Shown here piece after piece: positions 8,139-16,345 of a stretch of 64,000 nt of DNA (position 1 is the first letter of the stretch; each line of letters opens with the position of its first letter). This DNA is from Verrucomicrobiota bacterium. Its GTDB lineage: Bacteria; Verrucomicrobiota; Verrucomicrobiia; Limisphaerales; SIBE01. Position numbers and translations under genes: made by a program. The notes beneath the pieces are model-generated. The model searched no databases, was not told the origin of the DNA, and worked only from the letters and a program-made list of their open reading frames with translations. Location of the stretch: the NCBI GenBank assembly GCA_016209525.1, contig JACQWK010000074.1, positions 2,205 to 66,204 of the forward strand. The letters run 5' to 3'.

Positions 8139-9230
8139 TCAAGATGCATCAAGGAGTTCTTGCAGGCCGGAGTAGAGGGTTTCTTTAGTTAGTACCGGCA
8201 CGCCAAGATCGGCCGCGAATTGCATGACCTCCGCCGGAAGCACGCTCTTGCGGACGAAAACCACCTTCCCCAGCAGACCGCCAGCTCGCTGGACATCAAG
8301 TATGGCCTGCTTTAGCCAGATGTAGTGGGTCGCTTCAGCTTCATTTTCGAGCTGTTGGAGGCTACGAAAAATGGCATCGGCACCGTCACGTTTCTTGTCG
8401 ATGAAGTGGCGCACTTTCGTGAATTTGGCCCGGTGCGTGGTTCGGTCCTTGCAATCCACCAGCCAGAGTTTTCCGCCATAGTTGAAGACCACATCAAAGT
8501 CTGTTTGCTCCTTCGTCGTTCCGGCTTCGCGGATGCCAACGCTGCGATAAACACTCTTCACTCCACGCCACAGAGCGATTGCCGCCACGGCATATTCCAG
8601 CGAATCGCCCCGCTGCGGCTCGGAAGCAGGACGGCGGCGGCTGGTGAAGAAACTATGGGCGTTGGTCAATAGTTGCTTATGGAAGGACTCGGTTGAAACG
8701 TCCTCCCGCAATTGAAGCTTCTCGCCGCGACCGGACAGTTCGGTGTGGGACATCTGGCAAAGGAGCAGGTCCAAGGCATCCAGCTTGTCGGCAATGTGGC
8801 CGTCGATTTTTTCGGAGGAAGTCGTCAGATCCCGATTCTCAACCTTGAACCAAAACAACCGATTGCCTCGCTCCAGATAACAGGCAGGAACTTTGTTGCG
8901 GATGGCGTCCAGAAAGGCGCCAGTCGCCATCAATTTGTTGCCGCCGGTGAAGTGGGTGAGCCAGGAGGCGTCCTTTGCCTTCCCGCGGATTTCACGGCAA
9001 ATGCTCTCCACTTGGCGCATGTCATCGTGCGGAATTCGAACCGTCTGGATAGAGCTGCCGCTCAACAAGCCGGATTTGATAAAGAAATCTCTGAGGCGCC
9101 GGGCCGGTTTTTCAGATTCCTCCGCTTCGGAACTGTGCAAGAGAATCAAGCGTTCCGGTCGCAAGTGACTCACCACGAGCACATGCGGCCATACTTGTTT
9201 GGAAGCTAACGAAAGAAGAGTGGAGGGCAT
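8139..9230 (-). CDS. Card1/Can2-like CARF + PD-(D/E)xK nuclease (DUF1887)
   Basis: SLASKQVWP, HFTGGNKLMA CARF motifs; GDSLEYAV...DFDVV...LVDCK nuclease motifs. Confidence 0.85.
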   Translation of the reverse strand: MPSTLLSLASKQVWPHVLVVSHLRPERLILLHSSEAEESEKPARRLRDFFIKSGLLSGSSIQTVRIPHDDMRQVESICREIRGKAKDASWLTHFTGGNKLMATGAFLDAIRNKVPACYLERGNRLFWFKVENRDLTTSSEKIDGHIADKLDALDLLLCQMSHTELSGRGEKLQLREDVSTESFHKQLLTNAHSFFTSRRRPASEPQRGDSLEYAVAAIALWRGVKSVYRSVGIREAGTTKEQTDFDVVFNYGGKLWLVDCKDRTTHRAKFTKVRHFIDKKRDGADAIFRSLQQLENEAEATHYIWLKQAILDVQRAGGLLGKVVFVRKSVLPAEVMQFAADLGVPVLTKETLYSGLQELLDAS

Positions 9231-9409
9231 AGGCTTTGTTGAGAGGTTTAGGGTAAGAGATCAGTAGGTGGGCCATCGGATATGATAAGCACGGTTGTGG
9301 CCGTCATGTGGCCGAGGACCCGAAACCGGCAGTGACGTCAGCCAACGCTGTGCCGAAGGCTTCCGACGAGCAAAAGCTGACTTGGGCTTTTCGGATTGCG
9401 GACTGGCCG

Positions 9410-9622
9410 TCAAGGATTCCAGACGCCGCCGTCCAGTTCGGGCGGCCACTCGGCGAGGTCGTCGGGTGTGTTGAAGTTTTCGTGGTACCAGCGGAGTTCC
9501 TTTTCGCGTTCTTCGCGGGGTAGCCGCGCCCAAGCGGCTTTCTCCTCGCCCATGGTCCGGGCCAGATGTTCGTAGTATTCTTCCGAGTATTCGATTTCAG
9601 GTTCAACGGGAACGATTCTCAT
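9410..9622 (-). CDS. Small acidic hypothetical protein
   Basis: 70 aa, ATGA-coupled to the upstream nucleotidyltransferase. Confidence 0.55.
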   Translation of the reverse strand: MRIVPVEPEIEYSEEYYEHLARTMGEEKAAWARLPREEREKELRWYHENFNTPDDLAEWPPELDGGVWNP

Positions 9623-10629
9623 GGCAACAACTCATCTAATGGCGGACAGACCTGGTCCAGTTCAGATTGCGTGGCGGCAGTCAGATTGGCAACTTTGGTC
9701 AGCGCGGCGAGAAGGAGTTCGTGTCGGGGAAGACTCGCCAGGGGATTGGGCTGGAGCCGGTGCGCACGGGCGGCAGATAACAGTTGTTGGTGCTGCGCCA
9801 GAAATGGCTTTTGGGTTGGCCAGATCCAGCCGTCCTCCTTGCGCCAGGAGCGAAAGAACTCCTTCCAAGCGCGGGTGTATTGGCCGTGGCGTTGCGCATT
9901 GACGCATTCCCAAATGAGCCGTTCGATCAGGAGCAGTCGCTCCACCTCATCGACGACGGGTGGCGAGGGGCTTTCAAAGACGCGCAGGAGTGGGCGTCTG
10001 AGCGCCAGTCGCGCACGGGTGGCGGGATCGGTTGCCGTCCCGGTGGATATCAATGCCTGATACTCCTGGAGGTGTAACAGCGCTTCAGGACGGCCGCGCT
10101 CGCCCAACTGACGACCCAGGCCATGGACAATGGGCCAGTCCTTTGGGCGGTCGGTGCGTTTCATCTGGGCCACGACGTGGCGGGTGGCCCAACCCTCAGC
10201 ATCCACTGCGAGATCGTCCGCTCGGACGCGCGGTGGTTTACCGAAAATATCCACTTTGTGTTCCGGCGAAGCTGGACCGTCCCACACGGATAAATGGCTC
10301 GTCCAGCCCATGGCGATGTACTCGAGGTCCAGCGGCGCGCCGCAGATAGACCGGTAAGAAATGCGCCATGCCGGGCTGGCCTGTTCGAGACAGCTCAACA
10401 GTTCGCGCAGTTTGCCCATGTCCTCTGGCGCGATGATCCAATCGGAGTCTTTGGTGGTTTGCTGGAGACCGTAATGGACGCAGGCCATGCCGGAAGTGAT
10501 GGCAAAACGGATGCCGGCGCTCCGGATCTGTCCGGCGAAGATTTTGAGAAAATCAAGCGGCGCGCTCACGGGGAAAGTTGGAGGATTCCGATTTTTGATT
10601 CTTGATTGGCCATTTTCGGTTCGGTTCAA
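9619..10629 (-). CDS. Nucleotidyltransferase-fold protein (AbiEii/DUF6036-like) with helical C-terminal extension; start may be GTG 10569
   Basis: FAITSGMACVHYG..TTKDSDW, VDIF, MKRTDRPKDW motifs. Confidence 0.75.
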   Translation of the reverse strand: MNRTENGQSRIKNRNPPTFPVSAPLDFLKIFAGQIRSAGIRFAITSGMACVHYGLQQTTKDSDWIIAPEDMGKLRELLSCLEQASPAWRISYRSICGAPLDLEYIAMGWTSHLSVWDGPASPEHKVDIFGKPPRVRADDLAVDAEGWATRHVVAQMKRTDRPKDWPIVHGLGRQLGERGRPEALLHLQEYQALISTGTATDPATRARLALRRPLLRVFESPSPPVVDEVERLLLIERLIWECVNAQRHGQYTRAWKEFFRSWRKEDGWIWPTQKPFLAQHQQLLSAARAHRLQPNPLASLPRHELLLAALTKVANLTAATQSELDQVCPPLDELLP

Positions 10630-10755
10630 CGCGCTTCTTGGCGGCGACTCAATTCAGGCGGCGCCGTGGTCGGCCACCGCGACGCGGATTTGAGAGGGCT
10701 TTTAGTTTGAGCCATGTTCGCGTAATTAATTACGGTTCGGCGAAGCTGCCCTACG

Positions 10756-11559
10756 TCAGAGAGGTTGCCACGCACCGAGATCGTTCCAGCGCTGGGGAGA
10801 GGGTTTGGACTTCAAAGCAGCTTCGGCAGCGGTCAACTGTTGTTTCGACGGAGCGAGGACAAGGAGACAAGACCCGGGGTTGAGTTCGACGACTTTGAAC
10901 CGGACAGGGGACGGACGGCGCGGTTGCGCTTGGCCGAATAATTGCGCCGGGCCTTGTGGAGTGTCGGAAGCAGTCTCTCGCAACGCCGTCGCGGTCTTTG
11001 CGGCGGGCTTGCCGGCGAGGGCGGCGGCCCAAGGATTTCCAGGTTTTTTGAGAAGAGGAGCGAGGAGTCCTGACAGCTCGTCTCGCGATCTTGGAGTCCA
11101 CGATTCAAGCGGCCAGACACTGCCGGCGGCGCGGCTGGAGCGATAGCCCAGCGTTCCGGCAAGGATCCATATTCTTGTGGCGGTGAGAGCCTGCTGCCAA
11201 TCATCGTTCGAGCATGCCGGAAGCCTTTGCAATTGGATGGAAGCGGTGGCTCCCGGCGGCAGGGCCGGGCGGCTGGCTCCGTGAGTTTTGTGCGGCAGCA
11301 GCGGCGCATCGCGGCGGCTCGGCGGGAGGCTCTCCCCGATTCTGATGGCCACTCGGCTGCCCTGGCCTTCGTCGCCATCGGTGCTGCCCCAGACGCGGTT
11401 GGCGGACTCGACTCCGAACGTGGCCCGATGCCAAAAACGAATGTGACCGCGAACGGGAGGAACGCGCAGTTCGCTGGTCTTGGCCTCCTTGCCCTCGGCG
11501 CCGCCGCTGAAACAGGCCGTCAGGAAGGTGAAATGAAACGTTTCAGTCCGAAGGTTCAT
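10756..11559 (-). CDS. cmr1: Type III-B RAMP Cmr1 (operon B, short form)
   Basis: FLTACFSGGA..ELRVPPVRGHIRFWHR, VWGST, GTLGYRSSRAAGS Gly loop. Confidence 0.9.
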   Translation of the reverse strand: MNLRTETFHFTFLTACFSGGAEGKEAKTSELRVPPVRGHIRFWHRATFGVESANRVWGSTDGDEGQGSRVAIRIGESLPPSRRDAPLLPHKTHGASRPALPPGATASIQLQRLPACSNDDWQQALTATRIWILAGTLGYRSSRAAGSVWPLESWTPRSRDELSGLLAPLLKKPGNPWAAALAGKPAAKTATALRETASDTPQGPAQLFGQAQPRRPSPVRFKVVELNPGSCLLVLAPSKQQLTAAEAALKSKPSPQRWNDLGAWQPL

Positions 11560-12689
11560 TTTGGATACCAGGGTTGGTCTCGGAGCTTGCGGTAGGCTTT
11601 TCCTGTTGTGTCGCGTTTGAATCGCTCGAACCAGGCGGCGTTCTCCGGTTTCCGCAGCTTTTCCAGCTCTTTTTGAAGCGCGGTCCAGTGGCCCGGATTA
11701 TCCGCCAGACGCAGAACGCTACTCTTGTAAGTTGCTTCGTTGGGATAATCGGATTTCAAAGCCGCTTGCGCCACCGCTTCCTGCTCGGCCTTCGCCTTCG
11801 CCGCGCTTTCTCGGTCGGCAGCGGCTTTGGCTTCGGCTTCGGCTTGTTGCGCCTGATGAGTGAGCCGGGCGCGATCGGAATCGGTCAATTGGCGGAAGCG
11901 GCCGTAGCCACCGGACGTTTTGGCGCCGATGCCGAGTTGGGTCAGGGCTTCAGTCAACCACGCGGTCGTGGCCGAAATCAGTTTCAGATAGTCCGCGACC
12001 CCGGTTCGGACGAAATAGGCGAACCGCCAAACCCCGCCGGGTTCGACACAAAGGAAGGCGTTGGGGGTCAGACGCTCGTTGGCCTGGCCGGCAGCGTCGT
12101 GATGCGGATTGACGATGTCCAGGCCGAGCGTTGGCGGTTGGACCGGAAAGCCGCCAAGGAATATGACTTCGCCAGCGCATTCCGAGCCGTCACGGGCGTT
12201 ATCGCCGAAAACCCGGCGCGCCCACTTTGAATTGAACTCGGCTCGGAACTCCAAGAAATCTGTCGCTTGATTGAAGGAACCTTCGGGGCGCTGGTTAGCC
12301 TCCCAGCAAGCCCACGTGCTCACAACACCTTTGAGCGCGGTACCGGGGATAAGCGGCAGGCCGGTGGTGCGGTCGGCGTAGAGGCCGACGTTTTCCAGCA
12401 CGTTGGCGCGCCCCAAGTGGATGAGGAGTTTGCTTTCCAGGACCAACTCAACAGTATTGAAGCGGTTGCCGTGCTGGTCCTGCAAGGCTTGAAGCAGGCG
12501 CTGGCGGGAGCGGCAAACGCCGAGAAGACGCGCAGAACATTTTTCATAGGTTGCCAGAACGCTCTTAAGGGAGTCCGTTTTGCTGGACGCTTCGCCTCCG
12601 CGCTCGAAACTCAGCTTATCCAGGCGCAGGTGCCAGGCGTCACACACACGGGCGAGGGCGCTGGCTACAGGTTGGGTGACAGCAAGCAT
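11556..12689 (-). CDS. cmr6: Type III-B RAMP Cmr6 (operon B)
   Basis: LENVGL...GLPLIPGTALKG, LDIVNPHH, LGIGAKTSGGYGRF. Confidence 0.95.
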   Translation of the reverse strand: MLAVTQPVASALARVCDAWHLRLDKLSFERGGEASSKTDSLKSVLATYEKCSARLLGVCRSRQRLLQALQDQHGNRFNTVELVLESKLLIHLGRANVLENVGLYADRTTGLPLIPGTALKGVVSTWACWEANQRPEGSFNQATDFLEFRAEFNSKWARRVFGDNARDGSECAGEVIFLGGFPVQPPTLGLDIVNPHHDAAGQANERLTPNAFLCVEPGGVWRFAYFVRTGVADYLKLISATTAWLTEALTQLGIGAKTSGGYGRFRQLTDSDRARLTHQAQQAEAEAKAAADRESAAKAKAEQEAVAQAALKSDYPNEATYKSSVLRLADNPGHWTALQKELEKLRKPENAAWFERFKRDTTGKAYRKLRDQPWYPK

Positions 12690-12692
12690 GGT

Positions 12693-13064
12693 TCAGGCAA
12701 CGAAACGTTTGAGGTAGTTGAGGAACGCGATGGCTTCGGCCGTCGCACGCCGGAGTTGTGAGTCGTCGTTGGCCCGCGCCAACTCGTCCACCAACGCGTC
12801 GGGCTCGTCTGCTTCAGCGATGGCCACGCCTTCGGACGACAAGTGCTCGGCAATGGCTTGCGCGATGAGAAAGCAACCGGGTTGTTTGCGCCCGCCGCCG
12901 GGCTTGCGTTCGACGGCGAATGCAAGCGCAGGGAGCAGCCCATCGGATTTGATGAGCATGGGAAAGCCGCTCAAAGCGTTGCCCCCCTGTTGTCCGAGCC
13001 CCATGCCATCCCGGTGGGCGCTGGTCAGGGCGTTGGCTGCGCGAATCTGTGAAAGGCTTTTCAT
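12693..13064 (-). CDS. cmr5: Type III-B small subunit Cmr5 (operon B)
   Basis: LSQIRAANA, PMLIKSDGL..ALAF, ATAEAIAFLNYLKRF. Confidence 0.95.
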   Translation of the reverse strand: MKSLSQIRAANALTSAHRDGMGLGQQGGNALSGFPMLIKSDGLLPALAFAVERKPGGGRKQPGCFLIAQAIAEHLSSEGVAIAEADEPDALVDELARANDDSQLRRATAEAIAFLNYLKRFVA

Positions 13065-13987
13065 GTCAATTCCTCCCGTTTGGCTTCGCAGAAACCGTGG
13101 CCGGTCGTTTCGTCGCCGCCGATCTGGAGGATGGGGGGCGGCTTGGTTGAAAGCAGCTTTGCCAACCGGTCGTTTGCGTCAAAGGTTGCGGGAAGGCCGT
13201 TGCGGCGCGGCGGCAGCACGGTCAAAACGCTATAGAAGAGTGCTTCGCAAGGCACGTTTTCCTGGTTGAAGAGCGCGCCACTGTCCACCGTTCTGGTCTG
13301 CGAACTGACTTTGATACGCGCAACGACCTCGGTGCAGGTCGTGACGAAGTGCTGAAAGTTCTCGTCATTGAGCACGGCGAGGCGTTGGCCGAGCGATTCG
13401 GTCCAAAGCGGGTCCAGACAGAGCGTGCCCAGGGCGTCAGCCACACTTTTGGCCTTGGCCGAATCGCCGGGCAGCGTGGCCAGAGCGTATTCTTCCAGCA
13501 CGACCCGGGCTTGGCCGGGGATGGTTAATGCACAGGCGCCGGGAACGGCCAGCTTGTCTTTGGCAGGGCACGGCAAATCGAACTTACGCTCGGTGTCACG
13601 CTGGAACCGTTCCAGCACGGCAGGGCAGGTTATCCAAGCGAAACAGCCAGCGAGCGAGCGGACCGGAAAGGCGAGAATCTTGGCCTCCATGATCTGGACG
13701 CAGCCGGCGTGAGCTTTGATTCCTTTCTTTTCATCCAGATCACGATCCTCGCCGAACAAGGTGCGGATATCTTCTTCGGTCAAGATTTTCGATCCGTCGG
13801 GCTTGCATGCGTCTCGGCCCCATTGGCGCAGCACTCCTTTGAGGCTGGTGTTCGGGATGACCGGGAAGCCGGTGATGCGTTCGCGCATGATGGGCAGGTC
13901 CACCACATCGACCGAGGTGCCGCTGCCCACGTGCAACGGCGTGCGCGTGTAGAGGGTGAGGAGGTGTCGTTTCACGTTGTTTGTCAT
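13061..13987 (-). CDS. cmr4: Type III-B RAMP Cmr4 (operon B)
   Basis: TPLHVGSG...VDLPIMRE (catalytic Asp present), LAFPVRS, GALFNQE, QIGGDETTGHG. Confidence 0.97.
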   Translation of the reverse strand: MTNNVKRHLLTLYTRTPLHVGSGTSVDVVDLPIMRERITGFPVIPNTSLKGVLRQWGRDACKPDGSKILTEEDIRTLFGEDRDLDEKKGIKAHAGCVQIMEAKILAFPVRSLAGCFAWITCPAVLERFQRDTERKFDLPCPAKDKLAVPGACALTIPGQARVVLEEYALATLPGDSAKAKSVADALGTLCLDPLWTESLGQRLAVLNDENFQHFVTTCTEVVARIKVSSQTRTVDSGALFNQENVPCEALFYSVLTVLPPRRNGLPATFDANDRLAKLLSTKPPPILQIGGDETTGHGFCEAKREELT

Positions 13988-14027
13988 GGGTTGGTTTTAG
14001 GGATTAGCGAGTTCGCTGGCCATCGTT

Positions 14028-14045
14028 CGGACGTCCGGGGACGTG
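14028..14045 (-). promoter_or_regulatory. Putative operator, copy 3
   Basis: CGGACGTCCGGGGACGTG, 41 nt from cmr4-B ATG 13987. Confidence 0.75.
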
Positions 14046-14047
14046 TT

Positions 14048-14171
14048 GTGGGTCAGACCTCCGGTCTGACGGTTCCGGCTTGCTCCGCAAGCCCGAACTG
14101 GGAGCGGGATCTGGCTCTTGGCCCTGGGAACCGGAGGTTCCCGCAACCGGCAGAGCGGAGCTCTGCCCCAC
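14048..14171. repeat. REPIN-like unit at RAYT 3' end
   Basis: GTGGGTCAGACCTCCGGTCTGAC ... GGCAGAGCGGAGCTCTGCCCCAC; related to 14795-14927. Confidence 0.75.
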
Positions 14172-14794
14172 ATGCAAGCTGCTCCAGCGCCAGCCATCGG
14201 GCCGCGCGCAGAGGCGGGCGTTCACGGGGTTCATCGTGGTGTAGGCGCAACAGCGGGCGAGATCATCGTCGTCACGACAGCAGTGGTCGTAGGATTCGCT
14301 TTGCCAGAATGTCTGGCCTTCGCGCCCGAGGAGGCGGTTGGCATGAACGGCGGTGTAGGTTTTCCAGCTTTTCAGAATCGCACTCAGGGTGTGCGGCGGC
14401 GTAGGATGGACCACCACGTGGGCGTGGTTGGGCATGACTACCCAGGCGTGGAGAGTGTAGCGTTTGCCCTCGAAGTAGCGCACCGCGTTGGCCACCAGTT
14501 CCGCCACGGCCGGATTGCTCAGCCAGCAGTCGCCGTGGCCAGCGTCGAGGTATTTGTCCACGCGGTCGGAATACCAGTTAAAGAGGTCCTTCTGCTCGTG
14601 CCAGGTGAGCGGGCGGTTGTGCGCCAGCGCCTCTTCAAGGATGGCTTCGCGCTCGCGCTTCAACCGCAGGAGCACCTCGCGCGGGAGCGTGTCTGCCAGG
14701 CGAAAGGTTACGAAATAACTGGCGCCTTCGCGCTTGAGATGAGGCAGCGCGCCTCGTGAGTGGACGCCGGAAACGAAGGGAGACGGCTGCGTTT

Positions 14795-14927
14795 CTGGGT
14801 CAGGTCTCCGACCGGACGGTTCGGGCCCTCTCTGAATGCCGGTAGGTGTTTGACTCTCGCCGGTTGCGTGGGTCGAATCCTCGGAGTCGGAGACTCCGGG
14901 AACCGGCAGACCGGAGGTCTGCCCCAC
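14795..14927. repeat. REPIN-like unit at RAYT 5' end
   Basis: GGGTCAGGTCTCCGACCGGACGGTTC ... GGCAGACCGGAGGTCTGCCCCAC. Confidence 0.75.
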
Positions 14928-14965
14928 GATAGGCTGCTCATCCGATCGTTTCCTGTTGTTGTGAT

Positions 14966-16345
14966 TCATTGGAAGACCTCCTTGGCAAGCGCCTCGATTT
15001 TCGTCGAACTTGGATGCATCTGCACGTCGAAACCGACCAGTCCGTAGCCGCAGCCTTTCTCGCCGTAGAAGTCGGAGCGCGGCTGCCAGTGGAGTTTCTT
15101 CGCCAGCGCCGTGGCCGTTTCGCGGTCTTGGCAGAGGAAGTAGAAGACGGAGCCGGGCGGCACCGCGAGCATCGTTGGCTTGGCGCAGCCGTCCACCACA
15201 TCCCAGCCCGAAACCACCAGGGGTTTTCCCAGGCACCAGGAGATGAGTTGAGCGCGTCCGGGAAGTTCGAAGCAAACGCGTCCGACGGGCAGCGGGCCAG
15301 CGGACCGGTCCTTCTTCGTGTCCACGCACCAGCCCGGCAGGCTGCCGTGTGCAAAGATGGCGGGCGTGACGAGCACCCATTTCAGGAGGCATGGACCGCC
15401 CGAGACTGGTGGTGCTGGAGGCGTTATGAGGTCGGCAAAGAAATCGGGCAAGGGCTGGTTGTCGGCCTTCTTTTGCCAGACGCGGGCGAGGCGACGCTCG
15501 CCACCGAGCAGCAGCCAGTCGAGGTTTGAAATTTGCTTTGCTTCCCCATTGGCAGCGGCGCGGGCGTCGCCGAGATCAAGTTGGGCGGCGAAGCGAGTGT
15601 GAGCGTGAGTGCGCAAGAAACTGCCGGCGTAAAGCTGGCCCTCGGCGGCGGCGAAGCTCGTCGGATTGATTTCCACGCCGACGCGATGCTCAGACTGCCA
15701 CAGTTCGTCGGTAGGCAGCGGACGGAAACGTCCGTTCGCGCTATCCGATTCGCCCTCGAGGCAAGCGAGGTATTGGGCGATGGTCCACCAACCGTGGAGT
15801 TGACCGTGCTTGTCGGGCGGAGTCGTAGCCAACGGCAGGCACAGGGGCTCAGTGGTCTCCACTTCCTTCGCTTCGCCGGAGTTGACCGAAGGATTTCGCC
15901 CGAGCTTGAGACGCCGTAGATGCTGGCGACTGTCGTCGAATGCGAGATCAAGCGGGACGGGAAGCAGGGGGCCTTGGTAGGTCACTTGTAATCCGGTGGG
16001 CTGGCCGTTTTTCATTTCTTTCCAAGTGAACGGGTCAGCGAGGAACGGCAGCGGACCAACGATGCGGAGCGAACGAAAGGCGCGAGTGACGATGAGGCGG
16101 CGGTCCTTCTCCGGCCAATCCTCACCACGCCAGTTTCCTCTGCGTGGAGCTGACTTGGGACGTCCCACCTCGCTCTTTTCTCGCACTGATGGGCCCGTGG
16201 CCAAAAGCAGACTGGCGCGGAAAGCTTCGTGCAAGGTGCTGGGGAAAGGCATCCGACATCCGGCCCCTTTACCCTGGCCGGCAGACATTGGGATGGCGTC
16301 GCGGAAGAACAAAACGTCGGCGGGTTCAAGCAAGACGGTGTTCAT
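14966..16345 (-). CDS. cmr3: Type III-B Cmr3 (operon B)
   Basis: LEPADVLFFRD, LGGERR, LVTPAIF, VSGWD..KP..AVPPGSVFYF, GEKGCGYG; ATGA overlap with cas10-B. Confidence 0.95.
   Translation of the reverse strand: MNTVLLEPADVLFFRDAIPMSAGQGKGAGCRMPFPSTLHEAFRASLLLATGPSVREKSEVGRPKSAPRRGNWRGEDWPEKDRRLIVTRAFRSLRIVGPLPFLADPFTWKEMKNGQPTGLQVTYQGPLLPVPLDLAFDDSRQHLRRLKLGRNPSVNSGEAKEVETTEPLCLPLATTPPDKHGQLHGWWTIAQYLACLEGESDSANGRFRPLPTDELWQSEHRVGVEINPTSFAAAEGQLYAGSFLRTHAHTRFAAQLDLGDARAAANGEAKQISNLDWLLLGGERRLARVWQKKADNQPLPDFFADLITPPAPPVSGGPCLLKWVLVTPAIFAHGSLPGWCVDTKKDRSAGPLPVGRVCFELPGRAQLISWCLGKPLVVSGWDVVDGCAKPTMLAVPPGSVFYFLCQDRETATALAKKLHWQPRSDFYGEKGCGYGLVGFDVQMHPSSTKIEALAKEVFQ

Larger units (their letters stand above)
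14004..14969 (-). mobile_element. REP-associated tyrosine transposase (RAYT, IS200-like Y1 HUH)
   Basis: LPH...YFVTFRL, WVVMPNHAH (HUH), FWQSESYDH, YTTMNPV (Tyr); ATGA overlap with cmr3 stop. Confidence 0.9.

Noticed and set aside
9271..9295. Seventh operator copy (CGGATATG) upstream of the Card1-like gene
   Set aside because: Only one half-site, and 47 rather than 41 nt from the ATG.
14970..15392. N-terminal extension of the RAYT ORF in the track (14004-15392)
   Set aside because: Overlaps cmr3 in another frame; ATG 14969 with ATGA coupling is more plausible.
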